The notes: a model not told the origin generated them from the sequence alone. Counted from the stretch's first letter, positions 18,066 to 28,927 are shown. The stretch: 64,000 bases of DNA from an uncultured Methylomirabilota bacterium (GCA_963705305.1 OY970067.1:135549-199548); one strand, 5' to 3'. Translations and numbers: made by a program.

Positions 18066-20135
18066 TCACTTCCCAAACAATCCCTTGAAGAATTGCTGGA
18101 TACCGGTCCCGACCTTTGACCCTTCCTGGCGGACCTCCGACCCGGCGGAGGGCGCGGCTCCGCCCTTGGCCCTCCCTGGGGCGGCGCCCATCGCTGTCTG
18201 GCACGGGTGGGCATCGGACATGGCCTTGCCGATCAGGGCCTGCGCGAGGAAGGACAATCCCCCCGTCGCCACCGCCGCGCCGATGGTCGCCGCCATCTGG
18301 GCGACTCCCACCTCGTTCACGCCGACCGTGGGCTGGGTCAGCGTCCCGCGAACGCGCAGGAGGTTCACCAACTGGCCGGCGCCAATGCCGATGCCCTGCC
18401 GGGCCTCGGGGAGCAGGGAGAAGTCGATGGCCTCGCTCTTGAGATCGACGGTGCCGCTGCTGACGACGTTCATCTGATCCGTCTCGAAGGCGATCCCCCT
18501 GTCGGTTCTGGCAATGCCGTCCTTGGCCGCGAACCGAACCACTCCGCACTTCAGGTTTGTGGACTGACCCCCTTTGCTCAGCGGGTTCAGCTTGCTCACC
18601 ACTTCGGTCACCAGATCGGCCCCCAGCCAGTTCACGAATCCCGAATGGATCTTCCCGTCGCCCAGAACGACCAGCAGGCTCCCATCGAGTCCGGCCAGCA
18701 GGCTCCGGATCGAGTCGCCGCTACCCTTGAGGTCCATGGACGCGTCGGTCTTGACCCCGCTGACGAGTTCGGGGCGCCCCATCTCGGCGAGCACCTGACC
18801 GAGCAGGACGCCCTTGGCGTCTATCGTGGCCGTGAGGATGGCGGTCGTACCGCCGGATGCGTCCAGCCCAACCTGCCCGCTGACCGTCCCGCCCCCGACC
18901 CGGCTGCTCAGGGGCTGAATCAGCATCCGCCCGTCGGCAAGCTGGACATGCGCAACCACGGCCTCAATGGGCATCTTGTCGGGCAGCACCACCCGGTCCG
19001 CTCGCAGCTCGACATTGGCGTCCGCCAGCCGGAGAGCAGCCAGGGGCAAGGGCTCGGCGGGAAAGAGCCCCGCAGCGCCCGAGCCCGCAGCGCCGGTCCT
19101 CGCCGTCCCGCCCTGGGGGAGCAGGTCTGCGAGATCCAGCAGCGTGGATGCGAGCGTCGCTTCGATTCTCGGATGCGGGGTCCCGATCCGGATGCTCGCC
19201 TTGCCCGTCAGCGTGCTCTTGCCGACACTGGCGTTCATGCCGGTGACGGACAGCGCCGAGGGCGATCCGGCCACCCGGGCCGCCAAGACAAACGGCCCGA
19301 CAGCGGGAATGGACGCCCCTGCAAGCCTGGCGACCTCCGCCAGATTCAGCGCCTTGGCCTCCACCTTGAGGTCAAGTCCCGAGACCTCCATCGGCTCCGC
19401 CACGGTTCCATTCAGATTAACCGTAGTTCCGCCGGACTTGAGGACGAGGGCCACCGGATAAGGGCGCGACGGCGCCTGCAGCTCGGCCAGGGGGCCTACG
19501 GTCCCGGCCAAGGTGAATGCCTTGCGGTCATAGGCAGCCGCCAGATCGATCCGCACCGGGCTCGAGAGATCCTTGGCCTGGAGATCCAGTCGTTCGAGGG
19601 TGAGGGTGGTCGCTCGCTTGGTCTTGCCGTCCAGGTAGGTGAGGGTGCCCTTTTCGATCCGCACGCTCTGCACCGCCAGGGCCGTCAGGCCCGGCCCGGC
19701 CTTTCCCGGTTTCTGGATTCCGGAGGCCGCCGGGGCCGCCCCGAAAGACCAGTTCCCGACACCTCGCGCATTCGTCTCCAGCCAGATATTCGGCTGCAGC
19801 AGAACCAGACGCTCGACCACGATGCGGCGGAAGATCAGGGGCAGGAGCGCGACCTGGACCTCGAACGTCCGCATTGTCACCATCTGGGGCCGGGTCCCCC
19901 AGGAGGCGTTGGCGAAAGACACGCCGTTGACTGCGAGGGTCGGGGACAGGCCGATCGCAACGTGGAGGTCGCCCGCAATGGCGAGATCCCGCCCGGTCGC
20001 CGCCTTCACTTGCTGGGCGATCAGGCCCTTGTACTTGTTGAAGTCTATGGACTTGATGGCGATGACGGCGGCCACGAGCGCCACCAGGATGGAGGCGGCG
20101 GCGACAAGCAGAAGCGTCTTGAGACGCATGTTCAT
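18066..20135 (-). CDS. AsmA family outer-membrane biogenesis protein
   Basis: ATG 20135 follows GGGAGAG. N-terminal anchor MNMRLKTLLLVAAASILVALVAAVIAI, then FNKYKGLIAQQVKAATGRDLAIAGDLHVAIGLSPTLAVNGVSFANASWG and a long repetitive beta-rich body. Confidence 0.85.
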   Translation of the reverse strand: MNMRLKTLLLVAAASILVALVAAVIAIKSIDFNKYKGLIAQQVKAATGRDLAIAGDLHVAIGLSPTLAVNGVSFANASWGTRPQMVTMRTFEVQVALLPLIFRRIVVERLVLLQPNIWLETNARGVGNWSFGAAPAASGIQKPGKAGPGLTALAVQSVRIEKGTLTYLDGKTKRATTLTLERLDLQAKDLSSPVRIDLAAAYDRKAFTLAGTVGPLAELQAPSRPYPVALVLKSGGTTVNLNGTVAEPMEVSGLDLKVEAKALNLAEVARLAGASIPAVGPFVLAARVAGSPSALSVTGMNASVGKSTLTGKASIRIGTPHPRIEATLASTLLDLADLLPQGGTARTGAAGSGAAGLFPAEPLPLAALRLADANVELRADRVVLPDKMPIEAVVAHVQLADGRMLIQPLSSRVGGGTVSGQVGLDASGGTTAILTATIDAKGVLLGQVLAEMGRPELVSGVKTDASMDLKGSGDSIRSLLAGLDGSLLVVLGDGKIHSGFVNWLGADLVTEVVSKLNPLSKGGQSTNLKCGVVRFAAKDGIARTDRGIAFETDQMNVVSSGTVDLKSEAIDFSLLPEARQGIGIGAGQLVNLLRVRGTLTQPTVGVNEVGVAQMAATIGAAVATGGLSFLAQALIGKAMSDAHPCQTAMGAAPGRAKGGAAPSAGSEVRQEGSKVGTGIQQFFKGLFGK

Positions 20136-20304
20136 CTCTCCCAGGCTGAGATCAACACGTGCGGCATGGCGGGCAGACAGGTTTCCATCCCCTATGAAGG
20201 AGAACCATATGCCAGAAGTCAAACAAAAATCGGGGAGATGATGCGGCGCGGGGGCGCAAACGTCCCCGGCGGGAGAGGGGGATCGAAGCGGCACAGCGCG
20301 AGGG

Positions 20305-20655
20305 TCAGGGTGCGGAGGCTGCCGTGGTCTCCATCACCCGGTCTGTTTTGGCTGCCAGGTAGAAATCGCTCTCGGTGAGGCCCCCCACTTTGTGGGTCCA
20401 GATCTCCACCGTGCATTTCCCCCAGCCAACGTGCAGGTCCGGATGATGCCCCTCTCCCTCCGCCACCGCGCCGACCTTGTTGGCGAACTCCAGGGCCCTG
20501 GCGAAGTCCGGGAAGTGGTAGGTCCGCTCCAGGTGACCCTGCGGGCTCACGTGCCAGCCGGGCTTGAGCTGGTAGAGCATCTCCTGGATCTTTGGCCACT
20601 CCATCGGGGGAATGCCCCCCCGGCAGGGGACGCACTTGTGATCGGCGAGACTCAT
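20305..20655 (-). CDS. phhB: 4a-hydroxytetrahydrobiopterin (pterin-4a-carbinolamine) dehydratase
   Basis: CVPCRGG.., FPDFARALEFANKVGAVAEGEGHHPDLHVGWGKCTVEIWTHKVGGLTESDF. Confidence 0.9.
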   Translation of the reverse strand: MSLADHKCVPCRGGIPPMEWPKIQEMLYQLKPGWHVSPQGHLERTYHFPDFARALEFANKVGAVAEGEGHHPDLHVGWGKCTVEIWTHKVGGLTESDFYLAAKTDRVMETTAASAP

Positions 20656-20830
20656 AGTCCGCTCTCCTCTCTCCGGTGAAACGGGCGCCGGCGCTGGCGT
20701 GCTGCCGGGGCGGCGGCCTCCGTCCGCAACGCCCGTCCGACCGCCGCGGCCGCGTCTCGCGATTCCATCCGCGAGGCACTTCTCCATCATACTGGGGCAC
20801 GCCGGCACAGGGAAGTGCCCGCCTCTGCGT

Positions 20831-22612
20831 TCAGATCCCGGCCGCGCTGGCCTGGCTGAAAGGATCCAGGCCCGCCTCCAACCCCTGACGCGTGATCCGG
20901 ATGGCCACCGGCCGCGAGAAGTAGAGCGTGCTGAAGGAGACCCTCCGCGGGATCACCCGGTGTCCCAGCTTCCCGAGCGCGGCCAGCTTGGTCTCCCCCA
21001 CCCGGTCATCCACCCAGAGGTCGGTGCCCTCGGTGTGCAGGCGCGGCGCTTCGATTGCGGCCTGGATGGGCTCCCTGGCGTCCAGCAGGTTGGACAGCAC
21101 CTGAGGAACGGCCGAGACGATCCTCCGGCCGCCCGGCGCGCCCAGGGTGAGATAGGGTCCCCCACGGTGGAAAGCCAGGACGGGCACCATGTTCACCAGC
21201 GGGCACTTTCCCCCGCCGACAGAGTTGGGTCTTCCCGGCTCGGGGTCGAACCAGATCATCCCGTTGTTCAGCAGGATCCCGGTCTCGGGGACGACCAGGC
21301 GCGACCCGAACAGGCCCACCGCCGTGTTAGTGAGCGACACCATGTTGCGCTGCCGGTCGATGACCCCGAGATGCGTGGTGCAATCGCCGCCTTTTCCGAT
21401 CCGGACGCGCCCCCCTGCAGGTCGCGGCGCTCCGGCCTGGCGCGCCTCGTATGACCACGGATCGGGCGGGCCGGCACTCTGCCGCCTGCCGGCCTTGAGC
21501 CCCTTTGCGCAGGCCGCGGCGTAGCCGTCCGACACCAGACCTTCCCACGGCGCGTCCACGCTGCGCGGATCCCCCAGGTAGCGCAGGCGATCCTCGAACC
21601 CTCGCTTCACCGCCTGGGCGCGCAGGTGTAGTCCGCCGGCCGTCGAATACCCTACTCGGGCCGGGGAGAACTGCGCCCAGAATGCCAGGATCTGGAGAGC
21701 CGTCACCCCACCCGTCGCGCCCGGCGTGAACGCCAGCTCAACCCCCCGGTAGCCTCCCCACAGCGGCTGGACTGCCTGTACCTGATACCCCGCCAGGTCA
21801 TCTTTCGTGAGCCAGCCGTCCATGGCCCGCATGTGGGCGTGAATTCGCTCGGCGATCTCCCCGCGGTAGAACGCCGCCGCCCCATCCCTGGCGATGAGGC
21901 GGAGGCTTCTGGCCAGCTCCGGCTGGCGGAAAAGATCGCCCTCGGCCAGGAACGGCGGACGGAAGATGTCCTGGCCGTTGCGCAGGTAGGTGCGGGCCGT
22001 CTCGGGGAATGCCCGGACCTCCTCCGAATGGATGGCCGTCGTCAGGGCCAGGTACCAGTCGGGAACGAAGCCGTCCTCGGCCAGCCTGATCGCCGGGGCC
22101 AGCACATCGGCCAGGTCCATCGTCCCGTACCGCTCCAGCATCAGGCAGAGGCCCGCCACCGATCCCGGCACCGCCACAGCCCGGGCCCCGTAGATGTTGG
22201 CGTCATCCACCACTCTGCGCCACGTGAACAGATCCTGTATGTTCCCCTCGGCCAATTCGTAGCACCGTTCGTGACAGGCGGACGGCGCCCGGACGTTGGC
22301 GTCGATCGCCACGGTCTCGCCGCGCTTGGCCAGGTGAACGAGGAAGCTCCCGCCGCCAGCCAGTGTGGACATGAACGGCTCGATCACATTCATGGCGAAG
22401 GCGGTGGCCGCGGCAGCATCCACGGCGGTGCCGCCGCGGGCCAGGATCCCGGCGCCCACCCCGGCGCCCAGCGGGTGCTCCGCCACCACCATTCCCCGCC
22501 GCGCCCGCGGGGTGACCTTGCCCAGCGCCAGCGTGCTCTGGATCATGCGCCTGCCTCCCGGGGTGTCGAATGCTCCTCCGGCAACGGCTGCCTTCAATGC
22601 CCCATTCGCCAT
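20831..22612 (-). CDS. ggt: Gamma-glutamyltransferase
   Basis: 593 aa with GILARGGTAVDAAAATAFAMNVIEP and the autoprocessing/nucleophile context GGDCTTHLGVIDRQRNMVSLTNT, followed by PETGILLNNGM and GAPGGRRI. The exact start is uncertain (alternative M at 22546). Confidence 0.9.
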   Translation of the reverse strand: MANGALKAAVAGGAFDTPGGRRMIQSTLALGKVTPRARRGMVVAEHPLGAGVGAGILARGGTAVDAAAATAFAMNVIEPFMSTLAGGGSFLVHLAKRGETVAIDANVRAPSACHERCYELAEGNIQDLFTWRRVVDDANIYGARAVAVPGSVAGLCLMLERYGTMDLADVLAPAIRLAEDGFVPDWYLALTTAIHSEEVRAFPETARTYLRNGQDIFRPPFLAEGDLFRQPELARSLRLIARDGAAAFYRGEIAERIHAHMRAMDGWLTKDDLAGYQVQAVQPLWGGYRGVELAFTPGATGGVTALQILAFWAQFSPARVGYSTAGGLHLRAQAVKRGFEDRLRYLGDPRSVDAPWEGLVSDGYAAACAKGLKAGRRQSAGPPDPWSYEARQAGAPRPAGGRVRIGKGGDCTTHLGVIDRQRNMVSLTNTAVGLFGSRLVVPETGILLNNGMIWFDPEPGRPNSVGGGKCPLVNMVPVLAFHRGGPYLTLGAPGGRRIVSAVPQVLSNLLDAREPIQAAIEAPRLHTEGTDLWVDDRVGETKLAALGKLGHRVIPRRVSFSTLYFSRPVAIRITRQGLEAGLDPFSQASAAGI

Positions 22613-22931
22613 CCGCGCGCACCGCGCTTGGCCCGCACGAGGAGCCCGGCCGGCCGGGTCCGACGCTATCCCTGACAGTTGCGGTCTGTCAAGGCGATTG
22701 TCCGGGGCACGGGGTTGCTTCCGGGGGTCGCCTCGCCACGCCTGGATGTGGCCTCAAGACCTCCGACACCTCCTCGGTCGATTCCTGTCCCGCAATCCGG
22801 CCTGGAAGTCGACCCAGCAATCAGCCACCCTGACACTTGCCGGTCGAAGGCTTCGGGTGCGGGGCGGGGCCGAGCGCTCCGGATGAAGCGCCACACAGTG
22901 ACGCAGGGCAGGAAGCGGCGGATGTCAGGAC

Positions 22932-23354
22932 TTACAAAGGAGGGTGTTCAGCGGGCAGGCTTCGGCCCAGGACCTGGTCGACCGTGCTGGCCACCTGATC
23001 GGGATTGAACGGCTTGCGGATGCTCAGGGTCGCCCCCGCCTCGATGCCTTTGGCCTCAAGATCGGGCAGGCTCATGGCCGTCATGATGAGAATGGGGGTG
23101 TGGCAGAGCCCGGGGTCGGCCCGCAGCTGCTTGCACACCTCGAACCCATCCATGCCGGGCATCATGATATCCAGGATGATCAGGTCCGGCCGCTCCTTCT
23201 TGGCGATCGCGATTCCCGCGCGCCCGTGGGTGGCCATGACCACCCGATAGCCCCGAGCCTCCAGGACGTTGGTGCACACCCCGAGCACGAGTCGGTCATC
23301 GTCAATACAGAGGACCGTCTGCCGGCGACCCGCTGCCGTGGGCTCTTCGTTCAT
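22932..23354 (-). CDS. Single-domain response regulator
   Basis: VLCIDDDRLV..DLIILDIMMPGMDGFEVC..ILIMTAM..IRKP. Confidence 0.9.
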   Translation of the reverse strand: MNEEPTAAGRRQTVLCIDDDRLVLGVCTNVLEARGYRVVMATHGRAGIAIAKKERPDLIILDIMMPGMDGFEVCKQLRADPGLCHTPILIMTAMSLPDLEAKGIEAGATLSIRKPFNPDQVASTVDQVLGRSLPAEHPPL

Positions 23355-23628
23355 CCGGGCTCCTCCTCTTCCAGCAGCTTTTCTCCCTGCTACCCTTAGC
23401 GACCCGGCCCCCAATTGTCAATCGAACACCATTCCTTGTCTCGCTGACCTCCGCTTGCTTCGCCCTGGCAAGCGGATCGCGACCGGCAGTCGCGATCCCG
23501 ATTCCCTTCAGAGGGGCCATCGAGCGCTGCTGTCGGAGGCACCGATCGGGGCGAATTCGGGGACGGCGACCGGCGGGCGGCGGGATGGAGGCGCCGCGAA
23601 TCAGGCGCTGCACCCCCATGCGAATGGG

Positions 23629-24333
23629 CTACATCCCCAGATAGGCCTTCTTGAGGTGCGGATTGGCCAGCAGGTCCGCTCCCTTTCCCTCGAGCACGAT
23701 CCTCCCGTTTTCCAGGACGTAGCCCCGATGGGCCAACCGCAGCGAGTGCTGGACATTCTGCTCCACCAAGAGCACCGTGGTGCCCTGGGCGTTCACATCC
23801 CGCACCGTCTCGAGGATCTGCCTCACCAGGAGCGGGGCCAGCCCTATGGAGGGCTCGTCGAGCATCAGCAGCCGAGGAAGGGCCATCAGCCCCCGGCCGA
23901 TGGCCAGCATCTGCTGCTCTCCGCCGGAGAGGGAGCCCGCGAGCTGCGTCTGCCGTTCCTGCAGGATCGGCAGCAGGCCGAAGACTGTCTCCAGGCTCTT
24001 GGCCCGCCGCTGCCTCGCCTCCCGTGAATAGGCCCCCAGCTCCAGGTTCTCCAGCACCGTCATGTAGGGGAAGAGCCGCCGGCCCTCGGGTACCTGCACC
24101 AGACCCAGGGCCACAATTTCATAGGGCGGGAGGTGGTCGATGCGCTGCCCCCGGAACTGGATCGAGCCTCGTCGCGGGCGCATCATGCCGGAGAGGGTGT
24201 TGATGGTGGTGGTCTTGCCGGCGGCGTTGGCTCCAACCAGGGCGACGATCTCCCCCTCCTCCACGGTCACCGACATCCCATGGAGCACCTTGACGTCGCC
24301 GTACGCCACGTCGATGTCGCGGACTTCAAGCAA
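23629..24333 (-). CDS. HAAT-family ABC transporter ATPase, LivF-type (operon 1)
   Basis: Walker A GANAAGKTTT, signature LSGGEQQMLAIGRGLM, Walker B LLMLDEPS. Confidence 0.9.
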   Translation of the reverse strand: MLEVRDIDVAYGDVKVLHGMSVTVEEGEIVALVGANAAGKTTTINTLSGMMRPRRGSIQFRGQRIDHLPPYEIVALGLVQVPEGRRLFPYMTVLENLELGAYSREARQRRAKSLETVFGLLPILQERQTQLAGSLSGGEQQMLAIGRGLMALPRLLMLDEPSIGLAPLLVRQILETVRDVNAQGTTVLLVEQNVQHSLRLAHRGYVLENGRIVLEGKGADLLANPHLKKAYLGM

Positions 24334-25048
24334 GGAGGTACTCCTCTCCCAAGTAGGCCTCGATCACCCGTTTGTCCCCTGCCACCTCTTTGGGCATCCC
24401 CTCGGCGATCTTCTCTCCGTGATGCAGCACCAGGATCCGGTCGGAGATGGTCATGATGGCCGCCATGATGTGCTCGATCACCAGGAGGGTCACCCCCTGG
24501 TCCCGGATCTTCTTGAGGATCTCCAGCATGTGGGCCAGCTCCGTCGGGTTCAGCCCCGCCATCACCTCGTCGAGGAGCAGCAGCCGGGGCCGGGTGGCCA
24601 GCGCCCGCGCGACTTCCAGCCGCTTCCGGTCGGAGATGGTCAGGCTCTTCGCCGCCTTGTCCCGGCAGTCCGAGAGCCCCACCAGATCCATCACCTCCAG
24701 GGCCCGCTCTCGAGCCAGGCCCGGATCGGCCGTCCGCAGGAAACTCCCCACCATCACATTCTGGAGGGCCGTCAGATTTCCAAACGGCTTCACCACCTGG
24801 AAGGTGCGCACCAGCCCGCTCCGGCACAGGTGGGGAGCCCTCAGGTGGTTGACCGGCTCGCCCGCAAAGGTCACCCGGCCCTGGTCGGGCCGGAAAAAGC
24901 CGGAGACCACGTTGAAGAGCGTGGTCTTACCCGCCCCGTTCGGGCCGATCAGTCCCAGAATCTCTCCCTCTGCTATTCCGAAGCTGACCTCCTTGAGGGC
25001 GGCGAGACCGCCGAAGGTCTTGGTCAGGTTCTCGGCCTGCAAAATCAT
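24326..25048 (-). CDS. HAAT-family ABC transporter ATPase, LivG-type (operon 1)
   Basis: MILQAENLTKTFGGLAALKEV, GPNGAGKTTLFN, LLLLDEVMAGLNP. ATGA overlap with the upstream permease gene. Confidence 0.9.
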   Translation of the reverse strand: MILQAENLTKTFGGLAALKEVSFGIAEGEILGLIGPNGAGKTTLFNVVSGFFRPDQGRVTFAGEPVNHLRAPHLCRSGLVRTFQVVKPFGNLTALQNVMVGSFLRTADPGLARERALEVMDLVGLSDCRDKAAKSLTISDRKRLEVARALATRPRLLLLDEVMAGLNPTELAHMLEILKKIRDQGVTLLVIEHIMAAIMTISDRILVLHHGEKIAEGMPKEVAGDKRVIEAYLGEEYLLA

Positions 25049-26100
25049 GCGTCCCCCTCCAGTGATGGAGCAGGCCGCCCCTCCCGCTGCCCGAGCACTC
25101 GCTTCCACCATGCCGCAAGAGAAGGCACGATGCCCTGCGGCAGGAGGATGACCACGGCGATCAGGACGGCCCCGTAGACCACCAGGTCCAGCCCCTGCAA
25201 TCCTCCCAGCTTGGCTCGCAGAACCTCCTGAAGGGGGGTCACCAGGAAAGCGCCGGCCACCGGACCCCAGACGGTCCCGATCCCGCCGATGATGGCCATC
25301 ATGGCCAGCAGGACCGAAAAGTCCAGGGAGAACATGGCGAACGGTTCGATGTAAAAGATGTACTGGGCGTAGAAGGTGCCGGCCAAGGCGGTAAGAAAGG
25401 CGCTGACGAGCGTCGCCACCAGCTTGTAGCGAGCCGTGTCGATCCCCAGCGCTTGGGCTGCGTCCTCGTCCTCCCGGAGGGCGGCTAGGTAATAGCCCAG
25501 GCGAGAGTGCTCAATCCAGAGGCTCACCAGGACCGTGATCACCATGAAGGCCAGCGCCACGCAGGCGTAGGCGGAGAGCCCGCGGAAGACGAAGTTCCCG
25601 AGCGCGGGCTGGAAGGGCACGCTGAGGCCGATGGAGCCCCCGGTGAGGTTGTGGGCGTACAGTGTCAGGATGCGGAGCACCTCGGCAAAGGCGATGGTGA
25701 CCAGCGCGAAAAAGGGGCCGCGCAGCCGGAAGCTGGGGTAGCCGATGGCGCCCGAGACAAGGGCGGCCAGGACGCCCCCGATCACCATCCCCATCCAGGG
25801 GGAAATCCCCTGGTCGATAAAGAGCAGGGTTGAGGTGTAGGCCCCGATGCCGAAGAAGGCCGCATGACCCAGCGACAGCTGCCCCGCGAGGCCTCCCACG
25901 ATGTTCCAGGCAGAGCTGGCGGCCGCATAGACCATCATCATAATCAACACATGCAGGTAGAACTTGTCCTTCACCAGGAAGGCCAGCGCGGCGGCCACCA
26001 CGGCAAGGCCAGCCAGCGTCCAGAGGGAGCTGCTGGGAATGGACCGATACCCAAGCCAGCCGGAGAGCGGCGTGCCCCTCCTTTGAGTCGCGGTGCTCAT
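25045..26100 (-). CDS. HAAT-family ABC permease, LivM-type (operon 1)
   Basis: Polytopic membrane protein with GQLSLGHAAFFGIGAYT. Confidence 0.9.
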   Translation of the reverse strand: MSTATQRRGTPLSGWLGYRSIPSSSLWTLAGLAVVAAALAFLVKDKFYLHVLIMMMVYAAASSAWNIVGGLAGQLSLGHAAFFGIGAYTSTLLFIDQGISPWMGMVIGGVLAALVSGAIGYPSFRLRGPFFALVTIAFAEVLRILTLYAHNLTGGSIGLSVPFQPALGNFVFRGLSAYACVALAFMVITVLVSLWIEHSRLGYYLAALREDEDAAQALGIDTARYKLVATLVSAFLTALAGTFYAQYIFYIEPFAMFSLDFSVLLAMMAIIGGIGTVWGPVAGAFLVTPLQEVLRAKLGGLQGLDLVVYGAVLIAVVILLPQGIVPSLAAWWKRVLGQREGRPAPSLEGDA

Positions 26101-26981
26101 TTGAGGCCTACCTCCTCGGCTCCGACGACTCCAAAGAGCCCCGTGGGACGAATGAGGAGCACGACGATGAATACTACAAAGTACACGGCCTCCTTCAGCT
26201 CGGGAACGTAGAAGCCGCTGAATGCTTCCACGAGGCCGATGATGAACCCCCCCAGGAGCGCCCCGGTCAGGTTCCCCAAGCCCCCCAGCACCACCACCAC
26301 GAAAGCCACCAGCACGAAGTAGGTGCCGACCGTCGGAAAGACTGGGTAGAGAGGCATGAGCAGCGCCCCGGCGACGCCCACCAGCGCCGATCCGATGGCG
26401 AAGGTGACGAGATAGACGCGATCGATGTTGATCCCCATCAACAGCGCCGCCGTCCTGTCCTGGGCCGCGCAGCGGATGGCCTTGCCCAGATAGCTTTTTT
26501 GCAGAAAGAGAAAGAGGATGCCCGTGATGGCCAGCGCCACCAGGAAGGCCAACAGCCTGGATACCCCCAGCACCAGGGGACCGACGGAGATCACCGCTCG
26601 GGACAGTTGCGTCTGCACCGACTGGTAGTTGGCCGTCATCGACACCAGGGCCAAGTTCTGCAAGAGAATGGAGAGGCCGACGGTGGCGGCGATCTGCATG
26701 GAGGATGAAGCCTTCAGGATCGGCCGGATCACCAGGAACTCGACAACGAGACCTACCAGAAACAAGAGGACCACCACCAGCAGGATGGATGCGTACGGGT
26801 CCAGTCCGTACAGACGGTACAGCCAGAAGGAGGCGTACATGGCGACCATGAGAAACTCGCCATGGGCGAAGTTCACCACCCGAAGGACTCCAAAGATGAG
26901 GGTCAGTCCGATGCTGATCAGTGCGTAGACGCCGCCCAAGAGGATGCCGGACACCGCGACCTGAGCCAGGATGACTCCCAT
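26097..26981 (-). CDS. HAAT-family ABC permease, LivH-type (operon 1)
   Basis: LIFGVLRVVNFAHGEFLMV and related LivH motifs. ATGA overlap with LivM. Confidence 0.9.
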   Translation of the reverse strand: MGVILAQVAVSGILLGGVYALISIGLTLIFGVLRVVNFAHGEFLMVAMYASFWLYRLYGLDPYASILLVVVLLFLVGLVVEFLVIRPILKASSSMQIAATVGLSILLQNLALVSMTANYQSVQTQLSRAVISVGPLVLGVSRLLAFLVALAITGILFLFLQKSYLGKAIRCAAQDRTAALLMGINIDRVYLVTFAIGSALVGVAGALLMPLYPVFPTVGTYFVLVAFVVVVLGGLGNLTGALLGGFIIGLVEAFSGFYVPELKEAVYFVVFIVVLLIRPTGLFGVVGAEEVGLK

Positions 26982-27346
26982 GGCGACACCTTATTCTTGG
27001 CAGAAACTTTTCGTCAACGATGGGGCGGCGTGACGAGCGGGTTGAGAGCTACCCCCTGCTATCGCTGCAAAGTCTCGACCCCTGCCAGCCTGAAGTTGCG
27101 TCAACCCTCGGGCTGGCCAAGGACGAATAGGACGATGCAGGTCGGGGTGACGGCCGCAAATGGGCCGACTGCGATCGGGATCACCCCCACTGCGAAGCCG
27201 GGAATTACGGGGGGGCGCCCCCGCCGGAAAACTCGATCAGCGGGAGCGCCCCCCATCACCCACCCTGTGCGGTGCTCGCCGAGGTGCCCTCACTCAGATC
27301 CGTCCGGCTCCCCCCGCACCGCCCACGATCCTTCACCGGCTAAAGC

Positions 27347-28659
27347 TCACCCCGCGTGCTTCTTCCAGGCGGGCCAGGGTATGATGGCCTCGGCCACCGC
27401 GGCCGCCTTGGGCCAGACCGTCAACAGTTGGCCCTTCTGCCACTGGAATATCAGCGGGAACGCTCGCATGTCTTGCCCGGCGTCCTTGTCGCCGGGGGGG
27501 CGAACTTGACCCCATACCCCATCGGCGTATGCTCATCCGGAATGTCCGTCGCCAGGGCTGCCTTGCGGATCGCCTCCGCGTCGGTGGAGCCTGCCCTGGA
27601 GATCACATCAAACAGCACCTGGGCGCCCATGAAGTTCATCAGGGAGTGGCCGGAGTGAGGTGCCTCCTTGAAGATCTGCTGGTACGCCTCCGCCGCCTCC
27701 TTGGCCCCCGGAGCGAACTTGGGATTGATCAGGTACTGAGTGTTGTCGACGTTGAACACGCCGGTGGCGTCATCGCCCAACGCATTGGCAAAGTCCGTGA
27801 GGGCGTAGCCGGCACCGGTCCCGATCACCGCCTTGGGCCAGAACCCCAGCTCCCGGGCCTGCTTCCAGAAGATCAGCAGGTCCTGGATGTACGAGGTGGC
27901 GATCAGCACGTCGGGCTGGGCCGCCTTCAACTTCAGGATGAGGGGAGACAGGTCGGTGGCCCTGGAGCTGTACGGATCACTCCCCAGGAGGTTCAGGCCG
28001 ATCTCTTTGGCTCGCTTCTCGGCCCCGGCACCCACGGTGGTGCCGTAGAGGGCATCCTCGTGAACGATCGATACCTTGAGCTTGTCTGGAGCGATGCCCA
28101 GCTTGGGCGCAAGCACCTCTTTGCTGTAGTCGGCAGCCTTGCCGCCGTACATGGAGCCCATGGGGGTGATGCGGAACAGGTATTTGAACCCGCGCTCGAC
28201 GATGGGATCCGAGATTCCGCCCATTTCCCAATAGATCACCTGGTTCCGTTCCGCGACTTGCGTGGCCGCCATGGACAGCGTGCTGGAATAGGTGCCGATG
28301 AGGATGGGGACCTTCTCGCTGGAGATCAGACGATTGGCCTGGGAGACGGCCGCATTGGCATCGGGCGCGTCGCCTTTCACGAATTCGATCTCTTTCCCGA
28401 GGAGTCCCCCCTTCTTGTTCTGCAGGATGCGGGCGACCTCGGCGCCGCGCCAGCTCTCTTCACCCAGCAGCGCCATGTCGCCAGTGAGCGGATAGATGGC
28501 GCCGATTTTGATGGAGCCGCCGGAGGCGGCGAAGACGCGGGCCGGCGGCGCCAAGACGGCTGCGCCCAGGGCGCTGAGGCCGAGGCCTTTGAGCAGTTGC
28601 CTCCGGGTCAGATGGCCTGCCGAGGGTCCCGAGGATCTCCGTGCTTTCCTGGTATCCAT
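27347..28659 (-). pseudogene. Liv-type periplasmic binding protein (operon 1) with an apparent 1-nt frameshift in a C7/G7 homopolymer
   Basis: ATG 28659 follows AAGGAGG. Tat-like signal SGPSAGHLTRRQLLKGLGLSALGAAVLA. The family body runs to ..YGVKFAPP, where the track frame ends in 13 non-family residues (ATRTPGKTCERSR*). The adjacent frame continues as GDKDAGQDMRAFPLIFQWQKGQLLTVWPKAAAVAEAIIPWPAWKKHAG* down to 27347. The G-run is at 27494-27500 on the plus strand. Confidence 0.7.
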
Positions 28660-28927
28660 GTCACCCTCCTTTTTCCCGTGGTGTGGACCGGGGCGAGCAC
28701 GATCGCCGGCGGTCGCTCTCTCTGGTCGACCCGACAAGCGGCATCGGTGTGACAGGTCGTCGGCGTCGGGATGGTGCCGACGGCGCATCGGGCTGTCCGG
28801 TCGTGCACGAGGCCGGAGTTCCTGCCACGCAGACGCGTCCAAACGGCATATCTCTCGAGGGGCAGAGTACGGATAGCACAAACAACCTTGCGAGTCAATA
28901 CGGTCCGGTGTTTGGAAACGCCGTCGC

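Noticed and set aside
22705-22719. Sigma-54-like GGGCACGGGGTTGCT in the GGT upstream region.
   Set aside because: The spacing is one nucleotide short, and the element is on the plus strand with no downstream plus-strand gene.
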